Origin: the human T2T-CHM13v2.0 reference genome, Homo sapiens
Length of the DNA: 64,000 nucleotides
NCBI RefSeq assembly: GCF_009914755.1
Contig: NC_060937.1
Direction: 5' to 3' (one strand)
Part shown: piece after piece, positions 12,601 to 24,900 of the stretch
How the letters are laid out: each line of letters starts with the position of its first letter
How positions within the stretch are numbered: the stretch's first letter is position 1
Translations under genes and position numbers: made by a program
Notes under the pieces: model-generated
What the model saw: only the letters and a program-made list of their open reading frames with translations
The model's database searches: none
What the model was told of the DNA's origin: nothing

Positions 12601-13255
12601 TATCCACTTGCAGATTCCACAAAAAGAGTGTTTCAAAACTGCTCTCTATCAATGGCAAAGTTCAACTCTGTTAGTTGAGGACACATATCACCAACAAGTT
12701 TCTGAGAATGCTTCTGTCTATTTTTTATGGGAAGATATTTCCTTTTTCACCGTAGGCGTCAAGGCGATCGAAATGTCCACTTCCACAAACTACAAAAAGA
12801 GTGTTTCAAACCTGCTCTATGAAAGGCCATGTTCATCTCTATGAGTCGAATGGAAATATCCGAAAGAAATTTCTGGGAATGCTGCTGTCTAGTTTTTATA
12901 CGAATTCCCGCTTCCAACGAAATCCTCAAAGCAATCCAAATATCCACTTGCAGAATCCACAAAAAGAGTGTTTCAAAACTGCTCTATCAATAGAAAGGTT
13001 CAACTCTTTTAGTTGAGTACACACATCACAAACAAGTTTCTGAGAATGCTTCTGTCTGGCTTTTATTGGAAGACGTTTCCTTTTCACCAAAGGCATCAAA
13101 GCGCTCCAAATGTCCACTTCCAGATTCTTCCAAAAGAGTGTTTGAAACGTGCTCAAAGTAAGGGAATGTTCAACTCTGTGACTTGAATGCAGATATCACC
13201 AAGTAGTTTCTAATAGTGCTTCTGTCTAGATTTTAGATGATGATATTCCCGTTTC

Positions 13256-16200
13256 CAACGAAATCGTTAGAGCTATCCAAATATCCACTTACAGTTTCTA
13301 CAAAAAGAGTGTTTCCAAACTGCTGCATCAAAAGAAAGGTTCAACTCTGTTAGTTGAGGACACACATCACAAAGAAGTTTGTGAGAATGCTTCTGTCTAG
13401 ATTTTGTATGACCATATTCCCTTTTCCAGCGATATCATTAAAGCAATCTAAATATCCATTTGCAGAATCCACAAAAATAGAGTTTCAAAGCTGCTCTGTA
13501 AAAAGAAAGGTTCCACTCTGTTAGCTGAGTACACACATCACAAACTTGTTTCTCAGAATCCTTCTGTCTCGTTTTTATGGGAAGATATTTACTTTTTCAC
13601 CGTAGGCATCAAAGCGCTCCAAATGTCCACATCCAGATACTCCAGAAAGAGTGTTTCAAACCTGCTCTATGAAAGGGAATCTTCAACTCTATGAGTTGAA
13701 TGCAGACATCAGAAAGAAATTTCTGAGAATGCTGCTGTCTACCTTTTATTTGAATTCCCGCTTCCAACGAAATCCTCCAAGCTATCCAAATATCCACCTG
13801 CATTTTCCACAAAAAGAGCGTTTCAAAACTGCTCTATCAATAGAAATGTTCAACTCCTTTGGCTGGGTACACACATCACAAACAAGTTTCTGAGAATGCT
13901 TCTGTCTAGTTTTTATGGGAAGACATTCCCTTATTCACCAAAGGCATCAAAGCGCTCCAAATGTCCACTTCCAGACACTACAAAAAGAGTGTTTCCAACG
14001 TGCTCTAAGAAAGCGAATGTTCAACTCTGTGACTTGAATGCAGATATCACAAAGTAGTTTCTGAGAGGGCTTCTGTCTAGATTTTAGATGATGATATTCC
14101 CGTTTCCAACGAAATCATTAGAGCTATCCAAATATCCACTTACAGTTTCTACAAAAAGAGTGTTTCCAAACTGCTGCATCAAAAGAGAGGTTCCACTCTG
14201 TTAGCTGAGTACACACATCACAAACTTGTTTCTCAGAATCCTTCTGTCTCGTTTTTCTGGGAAGATATTTACTTTTTCACCGTAGGCATCAAAGCGCTCC
14301 AAATGTCCACATCCAGATACTCCAGAAAGAGTGTTTCAAACCTGCTCTATGAAAGGGAATCTTCAACTCTATGAGTTGAATGCAGACATCAGAAAGAAAT
14401 TTCTGAGAATGCTGCTGTCTACCTTTTATTTGAATTCCCGCTTCCAACGAAATCCTCCAAGCTATCCAAATATCCACTTGCAGATTCCACAAAAAGAGTG
14501 TTTCAAAACTGCTCTCTATCAATGGCAAAGTTCAACTCTGTTAGTTGAGGACACATATCACCAACAAGTTTCTGAGAATGCTTCTGTCTATTTTTTATGG
14601 GAAGATATTTCCTTTTTCACCGTAGGCGTCAAGGCGATCGAAATGTCCACTTCCACAAACTACAAAAAGAGTGTTTCAAACCTGCTCTATGAAAGGCCAT
14701 GTTCATCTCTATGAGTCGAATGGAAATATCCGAAAGAAATTTCTGGGAATGCTGCTGTCTAGTTTTTATACGAATTCCCGCTTCCAACGAAATCCTCAAA
14801 GCAATCCAAATATCCACTTGCAGAATCCACAAAAAGAGTGTTTCAAAACTGCTCTATCAATAGAAAGGTTCAACTCTTTTAGTTGAGTACACACATCACA
14901 AACAAGTTTCTGAGAATGCTTCTGTCTGGCTTTTATTGGAAGACGTTTCCTTTTCACCAAAGGCATCAAAGCGCTCCAAATGTCCACTTCCAGATTCTTC
15001 CAAAAGAGTGTTTGAAACGTGCTCAAAGTAAGGGAATGTTCAACTCTGTGACTTGAATGCAGATATCACCAAGTAGTTTCTAATAGTGCTTCTGTCTAGA
15101 TTTTAGATGATGATATTCCCGTTTCCAACGAAATCGTTAGAGCTATCCAAATATCCACTTACAGTTTCTACAAAAAGAGTGTTTCCAAACTGCTGCATCA
15201 AAAGAAAGGTTCAACTCTGTTAGTTGAGGACACACATCACAAAGAAGTTTGTGAGAATGCTTCTGTCTAGATTTTGTATGACCATATTCCCTTTTCCAGC
15301 GATATCATTAAAGCAATCTAAATATCCATTTGCAGAATCCACAAAAATAGAGTTTCAAAGCTGCTCTGTAAAAAGAAAGGTTCCACTCTGTTAGCTGAGT
15401 ACACACATCACAAACTTGTTTCTCAGAATCCTTCTGTCTCGTTTTTATGGGAAGATATTTACTTTTTCACCATAGGCATCAAAGCGCTCCAAATGTCCAC
15501 ATCCAGATACTCCAGAAAGAGTGTTTCAAACCTGCTCTATGAAAGGGAATCTTCAACTCTATGAGTTGAATGCAGACATCAGAAAGAAATTTCTGAGAAT
15601 GCTGCTGTCTACCTTTTATTTGAATTCCCGCTTCCAACGAAATCCTCCAAGCTATCCAAATATCCACCTGCATTTTCCACAAAAAGAGCGTTTCAAAACT
15701 GCTCTATCAATAGAAATGTTCAACTCCTTTGGCTGGGTACACACATCACAAACAAGTTTCTGAGAATGCTTCTGTCTAGTTTTTATGGGAAGACATTCCC
15801 TTTTTCACCAAAGGCATCAAAGCACTCCAAATGTCCACTTCCAGACACTACAAAAAGAGTGTTTCCAACGTGCTCTAAGAAAGCGAATGTTCAACTCTGT
15901 GACTTGAATGCAGATATCACAAAGTAGTTTCTGAGAGGGCTTCTGTCTAGATTTTAGATGATGATATTCCCGTTTCCAACGAAATCATTAGAGCTATCCA
16001 AATATCCACTTACAGTTTCTACAAAAAGAGTGTTTCCAAACTGCTGCATCAAAAGAGAGGTTCCACTCTGTTAGCTGAGTACACACATCACAAACTTGTT
16101 TCTCAGAATCCTTCTGTCTCGTTTTTCTGGGAAGATATTTACTTTTTCACCGTAGGCATCAAAGCGCTCCAAATGTCCACATCCAGATACTCCAGAAAGA

Positions 16201-16995
16201 GTGTTTCAAACCTGCTCTATGAAAGGGAATCTTCAACTCTATGAGTTGAATGCAGACATCAGAAAGAAATTTCTGAGAATGCTGCTGTCTACCTTTTATT
16301 TGAATTCCCGCTTCCAACGAAATCCTCCAAGCTATCCAAATATCCACTTGCAGATTCCACAAAAAGAGTGTTTCAAAACTGCTCTCTATCAATGGCAAAG
16401 TTCAACTCTGTTAGTTGAGGACACATATCACCAACAAGTTTCTGAGAATGCTTCTGTCTATTTTTTATGGGAAGATATTTCCTTTTTCACCGTAGGCGTC
16501 AAGGCGATCGAAATGTCCACTTCCACAAACTACAAAAAGAGTGTTTCAAACCTGCTCTATGAAAGGCCATGTTCATCTCTATGAGTCGAATGGAAATATC
16601 CGAAAGAAATTTCTGGGAATGCTGCTGTCTAGTTTTTATACGAATTCCCGCTTCCAACGAAATCCTCAAAGCAATCCAAATATCCACTTGCAGAATCCAC
16701 AAAAAGAGTGTTTCAAAACTGCTCTATCAATAGAAAGGTTCAACTCTTTTAGTTGAGTACACACATCACAAACAAGTTTCTGAGAATGCTTCTGTCTGGC
16801 TTTTATTGGAAGACGTTTCCTTTTCACCAAAGGCATCAAAGCGCTCCAAATGTCCACTTCCAGATTCTTCCAAAAGAGTGTTTGAAACGTGCTCAAAGTA
16901 AGGGAATGTTCAACTCTGTGACTTGAATGCAGATATCACCAAGTAGTTTCTAATAGTGCTTCTGTCTAGATTTTAGATGATGATATTCCCGTTTC
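13256..16995. repeat. Two tandem 11-mer HORs (1870 bp each)
   Basis: 680 bp extra blocks (ORF offsets 13609 to 14289 and 15479 to 16159) containing cacctgcattttcc...ggctgggtac...ccagacacta...ctgagagggc. Confidence 0.95.
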
Positions 16996-18185
16996 CAACG
17001 AAATCGTTAGAGCTATCCAAATATCCACTTACAGTTGCTACAAAAACAGTGTTTCCAAACTGCTGCATCAAAAGAAAGGTTCAACTCTGTTAGTTGAGGA
17101 CACACGTCACAAAGAAGTTTGTGAGAATGCTTCTGTCTAGATTTTGTATGACGATATTCCCTTTTCCAACGATATCGTTAAAGCAATCTAAATATCCATT
17201 TGCAGAATCCACAAAAATAGAGTTTCAAAGCTGCTCTGTAAAAAGAAAGGTTCCACTCTGTTAGCTGAGTACACACATCACAAACTTGTTTCTCAGAATC
17301 CTTCTGTCTCGTTTTTATGGGAAGATATTTACTTTTTCACCGTAGGCATCAAAGCGCTCCAAATGTCCACATCCAGATACTCCAGAAAGAGTGTTTCAAA
17401 CCTGCTCTATGAAAGGGAATCTTCAACTCTATGAGTTGAATGCAGACATCAGAAAGAAATTTCTGAGAATGCTGCTGTCTACCTTTTATTTGAATTCCCG
17501 CTTCCAACGAAATCCTCCAAGCTATCCAAATATCCACTTGCAGATTCCACAAAAAGAGTGTTTCAAAACTGCTCTCTATCAATGGCAAAGTTCAACTCTG
17601 TTAGTTGAGGACACATATCACCAACAAGTTTCTGAGAATGCTTCTGTCTATTTTTTATGGGAAGATATTTCCTTTTTCACCGTAGGCGTCAAGGCGATCG
17701 AAATGTCCACTTCCACAAACTACAAAAAGAGTGTTTCAAACCTGCTCTATGAAAGGCCATGTTCATCTCTATGAGTCGAATGGAAATATCCGAAAGAAAT
17801 TTCTGGGAATGCTGCTGTCTAGTTTTTATACGAATTCCCGCTTCCAACGAAATCCTCAAAGCAATCCAAATATCCACTTGCAGAATCCACAAAAAGAGTG
17901 TTTCAAAACTGCTCTATCAATAGAAAGGTTCAACTCTTTTAGTTGAGTACACACATCACAAACAAGTTTCTGAGAATGCTTCTGTCTGGCTTTTATTGGA
18001 AGACGTTTCCTTTTCACCAAAGGCATCAAAGCGCTCCAAATGTCCACTTCCAGATTCTTCCAAAAGAGTGTTTGAAACGTGCTCAAAGTAAGGGAATGTT
18101 CAACTCTGTGACTTGAATGCAGATATCACCAAGTAGTTTCTAATAGTGCTTCTGTCTAGATTTTAGATGATGATATTCCCGTTTC

Positions 18186-21100
18186 CAACGAAATCGTTAG
18201 AGCTATCCAAATATCCACTTACAGTTTCTACAAAAAGAGTGTTTCCAAACTGCTGCATCAAAAGAAAGGTTCAACTCTGTTAGTTGAGGACACACATCAC
18301 AAAGAAGTTTGTGAGAATGCTTCTGTCTAGATTTTGTATGACCATATTCCCTTTTCCAGCGATATCATTAAAGCAATCTAAATATCCATTTGCAGAATCC
18401 ACAAAAATAGAGTTTCAAAGCTGCTCTGTAAAAAGAAAGGTTCCACTCTGTTAGCTGAGTACACACATCACAAACTTGTTTCTCAGAATCCTTCTGTCTC
18501 GTTTTTATGGGAAGATATTTACTTTTTCACCGTAGGCATCAAAGCGCTCCAAATGTCCACATCCAGATACTCCAGAAAGAGTGTTTCAAACCTGCTCTAT
18601 GAAAGGGAATCTTCAACTCTATGAGTTGAATGCAGACATCAGAAAGAAATTTCTGAGAATGCTGCTGTCTACCTTTTATTTGAATTCCCGCTTCCAACGA
18701 AATCCTCCAAGCTATCCAAATATCCACCTGCATTTTCCACAAAAAGAGCGTTTCAAAACTGCTCTATCAATAGAAATGTTCAACTCCTTTGGCTGGGTAC
18801 ACACATCACAAACAAGTTTCTGAGAATGCTTCTGTCTAGTTTTTATGGGAAGACATTCTCTTTTTCACCAAAGGCATCAAAGCGCTCCAAATGTCCACTT
18901 CCAGACACTACAAAAAGAGTGTTTCCAACGTGCTCTAAGAAAGCGAATGTTCAACTCTGTGACTTGAATGCAGATATCACAAAGTAGTTTCTGAGAGGGC
19001 TTCTGTCTAGATTTTAGATGATGATATTCCCGTTTCCAACGAAATCATTAGAGCTATCCAAATATCCACTTACAGTTTCTACAAAAAGAGTGTTTCCAAA
19101 CTGCTGCATCAAAAGAGAGGTTCCACTCTGTTAGCTGAGTACACACATCACAAACTTGTTTCTCAGAATCCTTCTGTCTCGTTTTTATGGGAAGATATTT
19201 ACTTTTTCACCGTAGGCATCAAAGCGCTCCAAATGTCCACATCCAGATACTCCAGAAAGAGTGTTTCAAACCTGCTCTATGAAAGGGAATCTTCAACTCT
19301 ATGAGTTGAATGCAGACATCAGAAAGAAATTTCTGAGAATGCTGCTGTCTACCTTTTATTTGAATTCCCGCTTCCAACGAAATCCTCCAAGCTATCCAAA
19401 TATCCACTTGCAGATTCCACAAAAAGAGTGTTTCAAAACTGCTCTCTATCAATGGCAAAGTTCAACTCTGTTAGTTGAGGACACATATCACCAACAAGTT
19501 TCTGAGAATGCTTCTGTCTATTTTTTATGGGAAGATATTTCCTTTTTCACCGTAGGCGTCAAGGCGATCGAAATGTCCACTTCCACAAACTACAAAAAGA
19601 GTGTTTCAAACCTGCTCTATGAAAGGCCATGTTCATCTCTATGAGTCGAATGGAAATATCCGAAAGAAATTTCTGGGAATGCTGCTGTCTAGTTTTTATA
19701 CGAATTCCCGCTTCCAACGAAATCCTCAAAGCAATCCAAATATCCACTTGCAGAATCCACAAAAAGAGTGTTTCAAAACTGCTCTATCAATAGAAAGGTT
19801 CAACTCTTTTAGTTGAGTACACACATCACAAACAAGTTTCTGAGAATGCTTCTGTCTGGCTTTTATTGGAAGACGTTTCCTTTTCACCAAAGGCATCAAA
19901 GCGCTCCAAATGTCCACTTCCAGATTCTTCCAAAAGAGTGTTTGAAACGTGCTCAAAGTAAGGGAATGTTCAACTCTGTGACTTGAATGCAGATATCACC
20001 AAGTAGTTTCTAATAGTGCTTCTGTCTAGATTTTAGATGATGATATTCCCGTTTCCAACGAAATCGTTAGAGCTATCCAAATATCCACTTACAGTTTCTA
20101 CAAAAAGAGTGTTTCCAAACTGCTGCATCAAAAGAAAGGTTCAACTCTGTTAGTTGAGGACACACATCACAAAGAAGTTTGTGAGAATGCTTCTGTCTAG
20201 ATTTTGTATGACCATATTCCCTTTTCCAGCGATATCATTAAAGCAATCTAAATATCCATTTGCAGAATCCACAAAAATAGAGTTTCAAAGCTGCTCTGTA
20301 AAAAGAAAGGTTCCACTCTGTTAGCTGAGTACACACATCACAAACTTGTTTCTCAGAATCCTTCTGTCTCGTTTTTCTGGGAAGATATTTACTTTTTCAC
20401 CGTAGGCATCAAAGCGCTCCAAATGTCCACATCCAGATACTCCAGAAAGAGTGTTTCAAACCTGCTCTATGAAAGGGAATCTTCAACTCTATGAGTTGAA
20501 TGCAGACATCAGAAAGATATTTCTGAGAATGCTGCTGTCTACCTTTTATTTGAATTCCCGCTTCCAACGAAATCCTCCAAGCTATCCAAATATCCACCTG
20601 CATTTTCCACAAAAAGAGCGTTTCAAAACTGCTCTATCAATAGAAATGTTCAACTCCTTTGGCTGGGTACACACATCACAAACAAGTTTCTGAGAATGCT
20701 TCTGTCTAGTTTTTATGGGAAGACATTCCCTTTTTCACCAAAGGCATCAAAGCACTCCAAATGTCCACTTCCAGACACTACAAAAAGAGTGTTTCCAACG
20801 TGCTCTAAGAAAGCGAATGTTCAACTCTGTGACTTGAATGCAGATATCACAAAGTAGTTTCTGAGAGGGCTTCTGTCTAGATTTTAGATGATGATATTCC
20901 CGTTTCCAACGAAATCATTAGAGCTATCCAAATATCCACTTACAGTTTCTACAAAAAGAGTGTTTCCAAACTGCTGCATCAAAAGAGAGGTTCCACTCTG
21001 TTAGCTGAGTACACACATCACAAACTTGTTTCTCAGAATCCTTCTGTCTCGTTTTTCTGGGAAGATATTTACTTTTTCACCGTAGGCATCAAAGCGCTCC

Positions 21101-21925
21101 AAATGTCCACATCCAGATACTCCAGAAAGAGTGTTTCAAACCTGCTCTATGAAAGGGAATCTTCAACTCTATGAGTTGAATGCAGACATCAGAAAGAAAT
21201 TTCTGAGAATGCTGCTGTCTACCTTTTATTTGAATTCCCGCTTCCAACGAAATCCTCCAAGCTATCCAAATATCCACTTGCAGATTCCACAAAAAGAGTG
21301 TTTCAAAACTGCTCTCTATCAATGGCAAAGTTCAACTCTGTTAGTTGAGGACACATATCACCAACAAGTTTCTGAGAATGCTTCTGTCTATTTTTTATGG
21401 GAAGATATTTCCTTTTTCACCGTAGGCGTCAAGGCGATCGAAATGTCCACTTCCACAAACTACAAAAAGAGTGTTTCAAACCTGCTCTATGAAAGGCCAT
21501 GTTCATCTCTATGAGTCGAATGGAAATATCCGAAAGAAATTTCTGGGAATGCTGCTGTCTAGTTTTTATACGAATTCCCGCTTCCAACGAAATCCTCAAA
21601 GCAATCCAAATATCCACTTGCAGAATCCACAAAAAGAGTGTTTCAAAACTGCTCTATCAATAGAAAGGTTCAACTCTTTTAGTTGAGTACACACATCACA
21701 AACAAGTTTCTGAGAATGCTTCTGTCTGGCTTTTATTGGAAGACGTTTCCTTTTCACCAAAGGCATCAAAGCGCTCCAAATGTCCACTTCCAGATTCTTC
21801 CAAAAGAGTGTTTGAAACGTGCTCAAAGTAAGGGAATGTTCAACTCTGTGACTTGAATGCAGATATCACCAAGTAGTTTCTAATAGTGCTTCTGTCTAGA
21901 TTTTAGATGATGATATTCCCGTTTC
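18186..21925. repeat. Two tandem 11-mer HORs (1870 bp each)
   Basis: ORF offsets 18539 to 19219 and 20409 to 21089. Confidence 0.95.
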
Positions 21926-24900
21926 CAACGAAATCGTTAGAGCTATCCAAATATCCACTTACAGTTGCTACAAAAACAGTGTTTCCAAACTGCTGCATCA
22001 AAAGAAAGGTTCAACTCTGTTAGTTGAGGACACACGTCACAAAGAAGTTTGTGAGAATGCTTCTGTCTAGATTTTGTATGACGATATTCCCTTTTCCAAC
22101 GATATCATTAAAGCAATCTAAATATCCATTTGCAGAATCCACAAAAATAGAGTTTCAAAGCTGCTCTGTAAAAAGAAAGGTTCCACTCTGTTAGCTGAGT
22201 ACACACATCACAAACTTGTTTCTCAGAATCCTTCTGTCTCGTTTTTATGGGAAGATATTTACTTTTTCACCGTAGGCATCAAAGCGCTCCAAATGTCCAC
22301 ATCCAGATACTCCAGAAAGAGTGTTTCAAACCTGCTCTATGAAAGGGAATCTTCAACTCTATGAGTTGAATGCAGACATCAGAAAGAAATTTCTGAGAAT
22401 GCTGCTGTCTACCTTTTATTTGAATTCCCGCTTCCAACGAAATCCTCCAAGCTATCCAAATATCCACTTGCAGATTCCACAAAAAGAGTGTTTCAAAACT
22501 GCTCTCTATCAATGGCAAAGTTCAACTCTGTTAGTTGAGGACACATATCACCAACAAGTTTCTGAGAATGCTTCTGTCTATTTTTTATGGGAAGATATTT
22601 CCTTTTTCACCGTAGGCGTCAAGGCGATCGAAATGTCCACTTCCACAAACTACAAAAAGAGTGTTTCAAACCTGCTCTATGAAAGGCCATGTTCATCTCT
22701 ATGAGTCGAATGGAAATATCCGAAAGAAATTTCTGGGAATGCTGCTGTCTAGTTTTTATACGAATTCCCGCTTCCAACGAAATCCTCAAAGCAATCCAAA
22801 TATCCACTTGCAGAATCCACAAAAAGAGTGTTTCAAAACTGCTCTATCAATAGAAAGGTTCAACTCTTTTAGTTGAGTACACACATCACAAACAAGTTTC
22901 TGAGAATGCTTCTGTCTGGCTTTTATTGGAAGACGTTTCCTTTTCACCAAAGGCATCAAAGCGCTCCAAATGTCCACTTCCAGATTCTTCCAAAAGAGTG
23001 TTTGAAACGTGCTCAAAGTAAGGGAATGTTCAACTCTGTGACTTGAATGCAGATATCACCAAGTAGTTTCTAATAGTGTTTCTGTCTAGATTTTAGATGA
23101 TGATATTCCCGTTTCCAACGAAATCGTTAGAGCTATCCAAATATCCACTTACAGTTGCTACAAAAACAGTGTTTCCAAACTGCTGCATCAAAAGAAAGGT
23201 TCAACTCTGTTAGTTGAGGACACACGTCACAAAGAAGTTTGTGAGAATGCTTCTGTCTAGATTTTGTATGACGATATTCCCTTTTCCAACGATATCATTA
23301 AAGCAATCTAAATATCCATTTGCAGAATCCACAAAAATAGAGTTTCAAAGCTGCTCTGTAAAAAGAAAGGTTCCACTCTGTTAGCTGAGTACACACATCA
23401 CAAACTTGTTTCTCAGAATCCTTCTGTCTCGTTTTTATGGGAAGATATTTACTTTTTCACCGTAGGCATCAAAGCGCTCCAAATGTCCACATCCAGATAC
23501 TCCAGAAAGAGTGTTTCAAACCTGCTCTATGAAAGGGAATCTTCAACTCTATGAGTTGAATGCAGACATCAGAAAGAAATTTCTGAGAATGCTGCTGTCT
23601 ACCTTTTATTTGAATTCCCGCTTCCAACGAAATCCTCCAAGCTATCCAAATATCCACTTGCAGATTCCACAAAAAGAGTGTTTCAAAACTGCTCTCTATC
23701 AATGGCAAAGTTCAACTCTGTTAGTTGAGGACACATATCACCAACAAGTTTCTGAGAATGCTTCTGTCTATTTTTTATGGGAAGATATTTCCTTTTTCAC
23801 CGTAGGCGTCAAGGCGATCGAAATGTCCACTTCCACAAACTACAAAAAGAGTGTTTCAAACCTGCTCTATGAAAGGCCATGTTCATCTCTATGAGTCGAA
23901 TGGAAATATCCGAAAGAAATTTCTGGGAATGCTGCTGTCTAGTTTTTATACGAATTCCCGCTTCCAACGAAATCCTCAAAGCAATCCAAATATCCACTTG
24001 CAGAATCCACAAAAAGAGTGTTTCAAAACTGCTCTATCAATAGAAAGGTTCAACTCTTTTAGTTGAGTACACACATCACAAACAAGTTTCTGAGAATGCT
24101 TCTGTCTGGCTTTTATTGGAAGACGTTTCCTTTTCACCAAAGGCATCAAAGCGCTCCAAATGTCCACTTCCAGATTCTTCCAAAAGAGTGTTTGAAACGT
24201 GCTCAAAGTAAGGGAATGTTCAACTCTGTGACTTGAATGCAGATATCACCAAGTAGTTTCTAATAGTGCTTCTGTCTAGATTTTAGATGATGATATTCCC
24301 GTTTCCAACGAAATCGTTAGAGCTATCCAAATATCCACTTACAGTTGCTACAAAAACAGTGTTTCCAAACTGCTGCATCAAAAGAAAGGTTCAACTCTGT
24401 TAGTTGAGGACACACGTCACAAAGAAGTTTGTGAGAATGCTTCTGTCTAGATTTTGTATGACGATATTCCCTTTTCCAACGATATCATTAAAGCAATCTA
24501 AATATCCATTTGCAGAATCCACAAAAATAGAGTTTCAAAGCTGCTCTGTAAAAAGAAAGGTTCCACTCTGTTAGCTGAGTACACACATCACAAACTTGTT
24601 TCTCAGAATCCTTCTGTCTCGTTTTTATGGGAAGATATTTACTTTTTCACCGTAGGCATCAAAGCGCTCCAAATGTCCACATCCAGATACTCCAGAAAGA
24701 GTGTTTCAAACCTGCTCTATGAAAGGGAATCTTCAACTCTATGAGTTGAATGCAGACATCAGAAAGAAATTTCTGAGAATGCTGCTGTCTACCTTTTATT
24801 TGAATTCCCGCTTCCAACGAAATCCTCCAAGCTATCCAAATATCCACTTGCAGATTCCACAAAAAGAGTGTTTCAAAACTGCTCTCTATCAATGGCAAAG

